Assembly: GCA_047495785.1 (NCBI GenBank)
Contig: JBLDXI010000004.1
Span: 1,922,001-1,986,000 of the forward strand
Source of the DNA: Lepidodermella squamata
Lineage: Eukaryota > Animalia > Gastrotricha
DNA: 64,000 bases
Reading direction: 5' to 3'
The position numbers and the translations under genes were made by a program. The notes under the pieces are model-generated. The model had not been told where the DNA came from. It did no database searches and saw only the letters and a list, made by a program, of their open reading frames with translations. This document shows, piece after piece, positions 39,201 through 51,343 of this stretch. Position 1 is the first letter of the stretch; each line of letters starts with the position of its first letter.

Positions 39201-40683
39201 GCAAGGAGACGCGGGTCAAATGTCGCAAAATTCGTCGTAGTTGGGCCGTTTTGAGCCGCAAACGGGTCATCCTTACCTCCCTCCCGTTCGAGAACCCGTG
39301 GATGAATTTTTGATTTCTTGACATCGTTAGATAGCTGAAGACCTGGTCTACAAGGCTGGCGGGTCGCGCAAAAAGTCTATCCACAGGATTCGCAAGGAGA
39401 CGCGGGTCAAATGTCACAAATATCGTCGTAGTTGGGCCGTTTTGAGCCGCAAACGGGTCATCCTCACCTCCCTCCCGTTCGAGAACCCGTGGATGAATTT
39501 TTGATTTCTTGACATCGTTAGATAGCTGAAGACCCGGTCTACAAGGCTGGTTGGTCGCGCAAAAAGTCTATCCACAGGATTCGCAAGGAGACGCGGGTCA
39601 AATGTCGCAAAATTCGTCGTAGTTGGGCCGTTTTGAGCCGCAAACGGGTCATCCTTACCTCCCTCCCGTTCGAGAACCCGTGGATGAATTTTTGATTTCT
39701 TGACATCGTTAGATAGCTGAAGACCTGGTCTACAAGGCTGGCGGGTCGCGCAAAAAGTCTATCCACAGGATTCGCAAGGAGACGCGGGTCAAATGTCACA
39801 AATATCGTCGTAGTTGGGCCGTTTTGAGCCGCAAACGGGTCATCCTTACCTCCCTCCCGTTCGAGAACCCGTGGATGAATTTTTGATTTCTTGACATCGT
39901 TAGATAGCTGAAGACCTGGTCTACAAGGCTGGCGGGTCGCGCAAAAAGTCTATCCACAGGATTCGCAAGGAGACGCGGGTCAAATGTCGCAAAATTCGTC
40001 GTAGAGAGGCTGTTTAAGGTAACGTCAATGTTTTTTCGTTTATTCTTATGCAAAAGGTAAACGACGTTTTCCTGTGGAAGCGACCAAGTTTTTGCTCACA
40101 AATTTTAGCTCACAGAAATTTTTAAACTCAATCAGAGTGTTGCAACATTTTACCTTTTTCAGTTCTTCTCAATTTTTACTGCTTTTTCAAGAGTGAATGA
40201 ACTTGAAATCAAATTCATGGAATGAAACAACAGCAACGACGTAAAAATCACATCATCTGGAATAAATTTTATTATATTTGTATTTAAAACTCGAAATGTA
40301 TTCATAGCCGCATTAAGGATCTGTCCTATTGGAGAATTCTTCATTGGGAAATCGGCAAATTTCCAGATATTTTGCAAGAGCAAGTCTTATTTCTTAGCGG
40401 TATCCCCATTACTGCAGCAGCGTTACGGTATATACGCGTTCGATTTGCGCATTTTATAATGCGCGCATACCGCTTGTACGCCGTTTCGGCGTATAACGCC
40501 AACTACATAGCATGTGCGCATTACACGCATAACCGTTTGCGCTAGCCGCGCTTTATAATATGCTGTGCAAGAATATAAACATATGTGCGCGGAATGTATG
40601 CACAGCGCGCGCACGTTTACTCTGGATACCAAGGCAACCATTTGCCGCAGGTTATTCTGATGCGCAAGTTCTGAAACACCCTG
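36223..40683. mobile_element. Tc1/mariner-type non-autonomous element containing a satellite-like array
   Basis: TIR cagggtgtttcagaact(c/t)gcgca; TA TSD; clean empty site gaagtcTAtgtta at about 19685-19697. Confidence 0.9.
37065..40002. repeat. 191-bp tandem array, about 15 copies
   Basis: Period 191 (37313, 37504, ...); diverged first units, homogeneous interior. Confidence 0.97.
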
Positions 40684-41697
40684 TATGTTATATTATAGGC
40701 TGGGAATAGGCTGAGAACAGGTCGAGTATCAGCCGAGAATAGGGCGTAAGACAGTAACGGAGTCTCGCCTAATAGATGGGTGTGATCAAAAGATAAATCG
40801 TAGTTCACTAGAGCAGCGCTTCTCAAACGGTGGGTCGCGACCCCCGCGGGGGGTCGCGGGCCCTTTTTTCGTGGGTCGCCGAGTCGGCCGGAGGTCGCGG
40901 GGGTCGCCTGTTGGTTTCCATAAAACTTGAATATTGCAAAAATTTGGTTCATTTTTAGTCCCTCTTCCAGGAAAAATCTTTAAAAATAGCGTTAGCTAAC
41001 CCAGATGAAAGTTGCAAGGCCTAAAGTGGGGCTAAAATGCATTTCCCGAATTCATGCCCAGGTTAGGCCTTCATTTTGGGAATCTAGGGCTAAGTCTACC
41101 CTAGCCCATGAAGGCCTATGTTAGGCCTCCGAATACCTGTAGGCCTAATTTTTGGCAAAAATTAGCCCTAGTAACTAAGGATGACGCCAGTTCGTGTAAT
41201 AAAAGAGATTAAATGCTTGCGATTGTAATTTATTGATTAATTGATATTGAATGGCACGAGATAAGTCAGATATTAATTCGACTCGCAAAAGCACATACGA
41301 ATAAGGCACAATTACACGACTAGGGTAAAATAAGGTAAGTATCGAAACAAAATTCCACGTCAATTCAAGAAAAATTGAAATTCAAGAAGAATTGAAATAA
41401 TATTTGAGCAATTTCTTTGCGCGCAAGTGAAAAATGAGAATTTACATGGAGAGTCATCTAATAGTGTGGAGCCGTCTATAGTTTAAGCCGTCTCTAATTT
41501 CATATAGAACAATTTAATTGTTACATTTCCCGTCGAAAATTTGAAAAATGGTGCAGTCTAAGCGTGCAAGTGTGCGAAAGTGAAAAAAAGATAATCGACT
41601 AGGAAAGTTTACAATATTTCTATAATTTCCACAATATTCTCAACACACAAGTTCTCAAGTTATCACAATTGATAAAGTTGAACACAATTGATGAAGT

Positions 41698-43254
41698 TCA
41701 TTCTTGATCGCTGGACGATTCATGCGCTCGTGTCTGCTTCTTGGCTGGCGGACTTTTCGTCGGCGATTCCTCGCTTCCATCCAGTTCGATCGGAGTTTTC
41801 GGGGTTTCCTTGCGGCGCTGAGCACCGAGAAAGTCGCCAATGGCCTTTTTCACTCGAGGCAAATCGTCGGTAGATTTCTTTCGAAATATGTACCTAACCT
41901 GAGCTGGAAATTGAGGAAAATTATTACTCGGAACATTCTCTGCAAAAAATTCTCACCGTAGATGGCATCGACCCGATCTTCGTCGAGCTTGTATTCATCG
42001 CCCGTTGCTCGCCCCGAGTTGGAGACGCCAGGCTTCCGGCCAGTAAGCGTTTTGTCGACATATTCGCTCTTCGTAAACATCAGCCGCAACAAGCCGAGTG
42101 CGTACATCGCTTCGTCATCTTCATCATCCACGGCCTTCGCGTGAAGTCGGTTGTAACTTTTACGATCGAGTTCGTACCCCTGTATAATGATCTAATAAAG
42201 CAGAAACAGTGAAGAAAATAAATGGAGAATAAATAAATACCTTGTCCTTGTTGAATGTAAATTTCGAATCTAGAATGATGCGCAACTGTCCAAACGCTTC
42301 TTTGAGGCTGTCAGGCCATTCATAAGACTCGTTGTCCATAATATCGTTGAGCTTTTTCCAACTGAATAAAAAATAGGCCATTTGAGACTCCATTAGACAG
42401 GAAACAAAACTTACTTAACCGCAGCATCCGGCTTTTTTCGGGCTCCACTGGGCGTTTCGGTGACAGCGGGCTCGGCTTTCATGGCTTTGGCGAGCTCGGC
42501 TTTCACGGCTTTGGTGGGCTCGGCTTTTGGAGTTTCCGCAAAGAATTCGAGTTCCTGATCGTTGCTTTACACGAAAAACCTTGGAAATAATTTAGCGAAA
42601 AACGGATAAAAAACCTATTAGAGGCGACAGAGGACAACGGCTTGCGTTGGCTACCTGATCCGCTCAAGGATCGGGCTCTATGGAAAAAAATCATTCAAGT
42701 CCGAAAAAGCTATGGTGGGAGTCGACTTACGCCAGCGTTGGCTGCTTTGGTGTACCAAAGCTGCAACAGAAAATTTGAAAGGCTAATTAAAGAGGCTTGA
42801 AAATTACCCAACAACGACTCCGTTTGCGTCATTCTTCTTGATATTCAATTGCTTAGACTTTCCAGGGGCAGTCTTAGGCGCAGGAAGCAGCTTCGGAGGC
42901 GGTTCAGATAGTCCATTACATTTTTTCTTGTTATCAGTGACGCCGGAATAATAAATTTCATCAAGCTTTTGAGCTTCGCGTGATCCGACTTCCAAATCAT
43001 CGACTGTTGAAAGTTTAGCAGGGAAGAATGAAGCTAGCTTGTAACATCACAGCTGAAGGAAACAAACCTATCTTCACCAATCTGGCTGAGTAAAGTTGAT
43101 CTTCCCACATGACTTTATAAACTTGTTTCGTCTTGAGCGTACTGATTTTCGGCTTAGTTTTCCCATCCATGTTGTATGTGAAGCCGATCCAGCTGCAGCC
43201 GAAGCTGTCGCTTTCGGTGTATTCCCAGACAGCGTAGGGACCATTTTCGTCCAT
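41698..43254 (-). CDS. Multi-exon transposon accessory protein with C-terminal BEN-like domain
   Basis: Spliced reading IIIQGYELDRKSYNRLHAK...AMYALGLLRLMFTKSEYVDKTLTGRK...KLDEDRVDAIY|AQVRYIFRK...VKKAIGDFL resembles the BEN consensus; middle exons only approximately resolved. Confidence 0.7.
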
Positions 43255-43858
43255 ATCGAAGCAAGTAAAACTGAAAAAGTTACCGGAAAAACCTGAAATG
43301 AAAGAAATGCTAAAAATTCTGAAGTTATAATGGAGTGTGATGGAAGGAAGGAAGAATGGGCCAGAAAGGGACATATCGCCGTGTTCCTGTAACAAACCAG
43401 GGTATCAGGATCTTGATGGGGACTTGAAACTTCAGCTGAAACGACCACGAGCACGCTGCTCAACGAGCACGCCGGCCGCTTGACAAATTTTGGCGCGAAA
43501 ATCATATTTTATTTTTGTGTAATCATTAATATTAAAATTTAATTTGCGAATTCATGAAAAATATAATTTTATGTGAAAAAAAGAAAACACATTATTTTAG
43601 GCGAAGCATCGGAGCAAAGTCGCGGCGAGCCAGATCAAAAGGCATGAAACCCAGAAATGCTGCTCTTTAGATGACACCAAACAAACCATAGCTTAGGTTA
43701 ATTCCGCTGTTTCGTATGCTGTGATGTCACACGTGAATTTTACAGTTCAATTTAGACCAAATTATTTTAGCCATCGCTTTTCCTTTTTTTTCTCCGTCTC
43801 ATATGGCCAGGTTTACATGCTTCTCTATTTAGGTTTATCAGTTATTCAGTTAATCGAA

Positions 43859-46800
43859 ATGAATAGTAAGCTGGATAAAGTCATCGAGGGTGTCGATTCA
43901 AGTAAGAATACCAGAACCAAGGAAAAGCGAGAGCGGAAGAATCGAGAAAACGCTTCAAAGCGACCTCGTCGAATGTCTGACCAAGACGAATGGGAAGAAG
44001 AGGAGTTTTTCGACGCTGCTTCTGATGTACCAGGCACAGCCGAGGATGAGGCCGACCCCAATGACGAAGTTTTTACCACACATTCATCTCGTCATTCAGA
44101 AGATCAAACCGGAGTTCCGGCGACTCAAGATGACAGCCAGCCTCCTCAGGAAGAGGTACCACTTCATGATTATCAATCGACCGAAGAAGATAACCAGGAG
44201 TTTGATTGTGGTAGCCCGGGTGGTGGTCATTCTGATAGCTCTGCTGAACCTGATGATGACTCTGAATCTGATAACGAGAATGAATATCGGGACTTTCTCG
44301 GCCGATGGAATGGAGTACCATTTTACCCCGGGTGTGCAGTTTCAGTTGGAGCGATATTCTTGCAAGTAATGGCACTGTTTTATCGCTATAACATGCCATG
44401 GCGAATGGTTCTGGACATCTTTTCAATCTTGGACGCTATATCGCCTGTCCCTTATTTTTCTATCGCCGTCGGCTCAAAACCAACTCTGCAGTCCAAATTC
44501 TTCGAGGGTAACTTGGCTACCGAAACTCAAAAGTTTGCTTCTTGTTCATGCGGTCCTGATTCTGGAACCTATGATCAAGATCAGTTCAGTGCTTTTAGTA
44601 AGTGCAATTCGTGTAAACAAGGCGGTGTTGGCGTCTATTTTTTCATGCGAAGTCATCTGAAATCTGTCTATCAAAAGTTGAAGGATAAACTACCTGACCA
44701 GGGTGTTGTTACATTGAAATTTCGTTGGTTTTTTGACGGCTTCAGCCCTTATGGGCGCAACACGTGGCTGTTGGTCTGCAGTTTTCCAGGCATTGCATTC
44801 AAATTTCTCTCAATGGTGTGGACTGGCGCTGGGCACCCTAAGAATTTCATTCTCAGACCCTTTGTGCACGATGTGACTTTGATGAGCGAGGAGGGGATGG
44901 AAGTTTCACCTGGCCTAACGATCAAGCTGCAGCACGATCTAGCCATCATGGACAGCCCTGCCCGAGCCATGGTGCTCGATCAAAAAGGCCACGGGGGTTA
45001 CTACTGCTGCCCCTTTTGCATGATTGAAGGAGTGCGGCACGGCGGTAAAACCGTTTACCCGAATGGTGACTATGCGCCGAGAACTGACGAGTCATGGCGA
45101 GAAGCTGCCCGACTGGCCATGGAAACTGGGGTTGTGCACGATGGCCTCAAAGATTGGTCGTGTATACTTGACATACCTGGTTTCGACCCGACTCAGCAGT
45201 GTCCCGTTGAGCCGATGCATAACTTGCTGCTCGGAGTTGTTCGATACATGCTACTCAAGCACTGGTGCAACCCAAAATCGCCGCACTATGTTCAAAATTT
45301 CAAGACAATCGAAGGCTTGATCCAACGATCAGAGGCATTCACTATGAGCCATTCTTACTTTCCTGAGCTGTTCAAAGGTAGCGTTCATTATTGATTTCAT
45401 TTGTTTCATTGAATTATATCATTTTATTTTTAGATGACAGATGCAATATCGGCAACTGGAACGCTCAGCATTTCCAAGTTTTTCTGCTTGGACCTGGCCC
45501 TATCGCCATTCGGAGCGTTCTGACTGCACTGGAAAAAATTTCATACTAGCTAGCTTGCGCTAAATAGCCGTCACCCTAATTAGACAGAATACTCCCTAGT
45601 TAGCTGTTGCGCTAGCTTCAATTTTGAGCTAAATAAAAATGTTTCTATTTAGGGCCCTCGCGCTAGGTAGATGTTGCTAGTTAGGTTTTCAGCTTAATTT
45701 TTCTAACTAGCTACAGATGTGCATACTATGTAGCGTCTCCGGCAGATAGCCGTGCGTTTAATTCTCCTTCCAGACTATTCATGGCTAGATAGTGCGGGTG
45801 CAGACCGCTAGTCGCTAACTAGCACTAACGTTCTATTCAGATAAAAGTCAGATAAATTTAACTCGGCACAATATCTTCGAAAAGATTTCAGAGGAGCAGA
45901 CAGGTACAAGATTATTGATCCTTTGGAATTCTTCAAATATGGATTTATTCACATTTTGGGGTTTTAGCCTGAGAGTAGTAGATTAGCACTACCGATGAGG
46001 GAGTAATTCTAAAGAGTGCTACTTTGATTGGTATATATTATGATCTTTCAGCCAAAGTTGTCGAAATTTGTTTGACAATAACCTGGAATTTTCTGATCCA
46101 ATTATCATTATGAAAAGACAATTCTAACCAAAACCGCCGTGTTGGTCTTTGCAGCACTAGTGCGCTAGATAGCTGCAGATTCAAGTACTTTTACGCTAGC
46201 TAGCCTAGGTTGCATTCATTGTGCTAGTTAGCTGAAATTCAAATTTTTGAAATTTTATCTAACTAGTGCTTTTGGAACGCCTTAGTGTGCTAGTTAGGGC
46301 TCTCTTGTATATAACGTCGACATACTCCGTTCACTTGGCATTTTGCGTTTTACATTTCAGTTAGTCGTTAGTCGCAGCAGTTCTGAATTGAGTGCTTCTG
46401 TGTGTTACTTCGTGATTTCCCCCCGCATTTCGCTCAGTGTTGCACGATTTCTAACAACTGCTCTTTTTTAGATAGATTGATTATAGATCAATTGATAAAT
46501 TGGAATACATTCTCTACCGTTCGCGTGGCAAAGTCGCTTAACCGATCGCTAAACATGCTTCGTCTCTCGTCTCAAACGAAGATCTTTGTGTTCCGCCTTA
46601 ACGGTAACTACTCGAATTCCTACTTACCTTCCTTAATATTCTTTTTACTTTTCCAGGGCCAAATTTGGATCGCGCCTTTCTGACTTAATCACGCGCTTAC
46701 ATTGGCGAGGCTGACGAAGTTGATCAAGTCGTGGGAGCTGTCAGTTTCGCCCCGTGAGCTGCGATTCTATTGAATGACTCAGCCGGACGATTTCATCTAT

Positions 46801-48199
46801 TCAGTTCTGACTTGTACTTGATACGATTATAATGTTATTCGTTATGTATTGCTTATGACTGATGGTTATCTTGAAATAAGAGGAAAGTTTCCTACTAACG
46901 CTTTCTGCTCTTATATGCATATGTAATCATGGATTCTCTGTCATTTCAATAAAATTAATTTCATTTCACTTTGTTGTTTTTTGAAAGAAGGGGCGGGTCA
47001 ATGGAAGGATGACAGTTGGAAACGTACTAGGTAGCAAGCGGCGAGACGCTATACTAGTTAGAAAAGGATTTGAAATTCCGCTAACTAGGTGAAAACTGAC
47101 GTGAATTACCTAGCTAGGCAAACGATGAATCGCAGGCGTAAATATCTATACAACACTGACACTCTAGTTAGCTCAAGCTACACAGCGATGTGTTAATAAG
47201 TAGTACCCTCGTTATATAGCGTTAGGGTCCTAGCTAGGAGCACATAGGGGCCCTAGCTAGACCCGGTTAAAACTAGGTAGCACCCTATAATGGGTACTAG
47301 CTATCGCGCAAGCAACCCACTAGCTAGTATGATTTTTTTTCCAGTGTGGGGACCGAGCGGTTGAGGCTGATCTTTTCGCCGAGTTGAGCGAGATAGCTTT
47401 AATGTGCCTTGATATGAATCCCGATGTCGAGGCTATCGAGCCGAAAATAAGCGTGTGGTGCGAGCAGTACGAGGAGATCTACGGCCTAAAATCGATGACT
47501 TTCAACGTCCATCTTTTTTCGCACATGCCAGAATGCATAAGAAACCACGGAGCCCCCTGCCTTTTCTCTGCCTTTACCTATGAAAACTTTATAGGTGTTA
47601 CCAATCGCTCCCTACAAAGCCCGAACCAAATCCCCGCTCAATTGGCGAATCGAGTCGCCGTAATCAATTTTCTCAACAAACACTTACATCGTCAAGATCT
47701 CGATGATTCATCGAAGACATTGCTCACGCATCTACTTCGAAGCGGCGAATCCACCTCGGCGACAGCAAAAACAGTGACTCTGGTTACTGGAAATATGTCT
47801 CATTCTGCCGTTCTGTTCGGCCGAGCGAAGAAAGAATCCCTTGAAGAAGGTATTGGCATCGATTTCGACGACGACCCGAACACGTGGTGTAAGGTGAGAC
47901 AACGCGTCGATCCCAATCTTTCTCTCGTCTTCAAGAAAGGCGATTACATCCACGTTGACGGTCGTTTCTACCTCGTCAAATACGCCGTTCACGACCGTGC
48001 TGACAACGTCTACCTGCGGGCAACGGAGCTCAGAGTTGAGCCTTATCGCGGCGTTATTCACAAAGTCACCGCTTCAGGTGGCGACCATTTCATAAACATT
48101 TTTCAACATAGCGTTTCCTTCTGCTATTTTTACAGTGTGAGCGGGTTCAAATTCATCTTTCAATACCCGAATTTAGTCGATGCCCGTGACATCAATTGA
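43859..48199 (+). CDS. EnSpm/CACTA-type DDE transposase, interrupted by a 1.8-kb insertion
   Basis: FFDGF, IMDSPAR, GYYCCPFC, PMHNLLLGV, WNAQHFQVFLL, FNVHLFSH, SAFTYENF motifs; intron about 45378-45433; frame restored when 45527-47348 is removed. Start codon uncertain. Confidence 0.88.
45527..47346. mobile_element. Non-autonomous CACTG-ended CMC element
   Basis: TIR cactggaaaaaa...catactagctag; 2-bp TSD TG; dense CTAG subterminal motifs; no ORF. Confidence 0.9.
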
Positions 48200-48514
48200 A
48201 ATCTACTTAAATTCGGTACAATTTCGGACATTTACAAGTTGTCTCATATTCAGAAAAATCAATTCTAGTCGTTTCGTTCAAATTTTCAAAATTATTGTAA
48301 GATTTTATTAGAAAAGTCTCTTTGACATTTTGCCTGTAAAAACTGAAATGTTGAAAAATGTTTCTACAATTTTCAACAATAATTCCTGAAAAATAAGCGA
48401 AAAATAAGTGCTCAAATTAGTGCCTGTTCAAAATTGTACCTGGTACCTGTATTTTCTTGTATTCTTTTTAGATTTTACACTCTACTTAATTTGCGGGTTG
48501 CAATTCTATCGACA

Positions 48515-48781
48515 ATGTTCGGCTTACAAGGCAATGAGCCTCCGATGTTGTTTGCTGGACTCAATGATAATATGTTCAACCGACCACCCGATCCAGTACA
48601 TCCCTATCATAATGTGAGCTCCATTGATTTCTTATTATTATTTCAATTTGTCCTATAATAGATTTTACTTGGTGTCATGAACCATTACGCTGATTTGCTG
48701 GGCCAGGTCGATTTACGGATGCCTCCTCCGAGCCAAGGCAAACGCAACGCAATCGAGGCTGAGCCAGAGCGATGTGATTGA
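48515..48781 (+). CDS. Putative two-exon small protein (about 73 aa) inside the CMC element
   Basis: MFGLQGNEPP...YHN|ILLGVMNHYADLLGQVDLRMPPPSQGKRNAIEAEPERCD*, phase-0 GT-AG intron. Confidence 0.4.
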
Positions 48782-48893
48782 TTATCTCTAAATCTGCTTC
48801 TAAATCTCTAAAAATAACGCTGTCCAATCAATGTTTTCCTTTTTTGTTACTATTGACTTTTGCATTCAAAAATATTAGTAATTGTTGATATAA

Positions 48894-49846
48894 ATGGCAT
48901 CTAATGGCAACTTCTTTGCGCCTGATGATTCAAGGGTATTCAGATTTTTTTGCAATATTTTTCTCAAGTTGAGCTATTTTCTACAGGTTTGCGAAAAACG
49001 GCACCTTGATCAAGTTGCCGCCCAGTCGGAAGCCTCGTCGCCACTCCCGAAGAAGAGTAACACGAGCGATTATTCGGAAAATATTACAGTAAGAGAAAAT
49101 AGAACGTGTTGATGATTTATTTATTGTTATTGTCAACAGGTTGCTGAAACGCTAGTTTTCCCGACAATGCTCGACTCGTTGTATTGGAATGACGGACAAA
49201 ATGACGGAAAAATGGAAATCGTAAGTTGCCCTTAATTTTTATTTGAATGTTCGATTTTTCAAATTTTTTTATTTTTCAGCCCCACTCAACATTGCACTCA
49301 ACAACAGTAATCTCCGACGATACTAGCGAGGAACCGGTAATTTTCTGAAATAAATCTGATAAGTTGTAAGAATTATTAACTTTTTAGAGCGTAAACGCAG
49401 TCGTCGATCTCCGAACAGCAGCCGAACAGCAGCCTCTCATCCCGTTCCTGTCGAACCCTGCTTGGACTAGCTCGCCGAAGCGTCTGGTCGGCGCCTCTGG
49501 AAATGATGGAAATGATGCAAATGATTCAGCGGGGATGAAATGCGAGGTTTGAATAAACAAATTGTGAAAATTTGTGTTATAGTTTGTTCTAAAATACATG
49601 CAGATATCACCGGTAAAGCAAAAGAAAAAGGTGCTAAAGCCGGGCTTGTTCGGCGGTTGGATTGAGGACACTCTGGAGAGCGACGATACATCGCGCGGCT
49701 CCAGCTACGACGAGTTGTTCGACTCGATCGACGAGGAGTACTCTTATCATACCAGTGAGTCCAGCATGACGTTTTGGGAGGTTCTGAACAAGCGGGAGCA
49801 GGGCGAAGCCTGGTATGCTGCCAGTGAAGACGAGGTGGAAAATTAG
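48894..49846 (+). CDS. Putative six-exon acidic orphan protein inside the CMC element
   Basis: Five AT-rich GT-AG introns, all phase 0, join into an open frame MASNGNFF...ASEDEVEN*. Confidence 0.6.
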
Positions 49847-51343
49847 AAATCTGTGGAAATGTTTCTCATCTACTGCGCGCTCTGCCAAACTTTTTGAAAT
49901 GACTTAGTTGAAAAAACTACTTCAAAAATTGCTTGCTCACTTCCTCCATAAAATTTTTATCGTACAAATGTTATTATCGTGCCAATTTTTTACGTTAGAG
50001 CCATATGCGACACTTGCCCGGTTATTTCGTATTTCTTCCTATTTGAAACCGACGAGGATCATTAAACTCGCTCAAATTATCCTGTTGGTTCATTGTAACG
50101 AGAAAACTTGTGATTGATGTATAAAAACTTGAACAATTTGTGCCTATAAATTTTACAAATCTTAGAATTAATAAAGTAGAAAAAATATCGCTGGAAATGC
50201 TGTTTTTTTTCACGCTTCAACATCATTCATTCGATTTTTAATCAAAATTTCTCTCGTTTATTTTCTGCGTGTTTTGCGCGACTGGTTGCTCTTTTCCTAG
50301 CTTTGGCGTCTCGATCTCCTATTGGCTCGGTGACTTGGCCGCGTTTTTTCCAATGTCGTCTAACGTCCTCGAGTATCATTTCAACGAAAAAGCGATATCC
50401 GAAATCCGGGTAAGTAGAATTTCTCACCAATAGCCTAGCATTTGACCTAATGTTCGATGAAAATCAGTGCAAGCTTGATTAGTTTCATTATTTTGCATAG
50501 CTTGACGTATGTGAGCGTTGTTTGCAATGTGAAAATTGTTCAGGCCTGCAGTAACAAGCAACTCCGGTTTTTATGTGGAATTGCAGGCCTAAATTAGTCC
50601 CAACACTATTTTAGACCTACTGTAGTCCTAAAATTTCAGTTGCCAATTTCGTAGGCCTACTCTAGAGCTAATTTTCAATCGCAGCCCTACCTTAGCCCTA
50701 GGTTATACTTTTTGGGGCTAAGTTAGACCTAAACAGCCTATGATAGGCCTTGCAACTTTCATCTGGGAAAGCTCGCTTCGCTCGCATCCAATTTTATTTG
50801 ACTGAAAACCGTCTGAAATTGCGGTTGAGAGCCGAGTTCATGTATATTTCGATGAAATTATGTGAAAAAATGCTGTACAGTGGGTGATATTTTATTGCTT
50901 GGACCCAAAATGTTTGAAGTTTTTAGCATATTTTCCCACACTGAAAAATTGAAAAAATGCAAAAAATCGCTAGGGGTCGCAGCCTGGTAAAGAATTTTGA
51001 TTTCGGGGTCGCTAGGTGTGCGGTGTTGAGAAGCCCTGCACTAGAGGTTTAACTGGTAGTTTGGCTGACATACAAAGGTTCGTAATTAACCTACAGCTTA
51101 CAGTTAGCTAAGCGTTATCTTTCGATCACACCCATCAAAGAGAGACGAAATGGTAAATAATAACAAAGTTTTAGCTGAAAAGGTGAAATTGCCCGTTAGA
51201 GATAACTGGACTCGGCTGCGCCTCGTGCCCAAATGTCATTTTCGAATGTTAAATGACAGGGGCTCAAAATAGTATTAAAAATAAATGTCTTCGTTTTTCT
51301 TCCTGTTAGTATAGTCAGTGACTGGTTATACATATTCACTCAC

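Larger units (their letters stand above)
41000..50767. mobile_element. 9.8-kb CMC/EnSpm (CACTA-like) DNA transposon
   Basis: Perfect 24-bp TIR cccagatgaaagttgcaaggccta; 2-bp TSD AA; TAGGCCT subterminal repeats; contains an EnSpm-type transposase. Confidence 0.9.
40814..51038. mobile_element. hAT (Buster/Charlie-like) MITE split by the CMC element
   Basis: TIR cagcgcttctcaa / ttgagaagccctg; 8-bp TSD cactagag with central TA; GGGTCGC subterminal repeats; truncated paralog about 19819-19880. Confidence 0.85.

Noticed and set aside
37065-40002. CRISPR array or repeat-encoded protein
   Set aside because: Units are contiguous with no unique spacers and no cas genes; 191 is not a multiple of 3, so the ORFs are by-products.
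47330-47346. CACTG element spliced out using its terminal ttttttccag acceptor
   Set aside because: Joining it to the known upstream donor is out of frame and no suitable donor sits at the element's left end.
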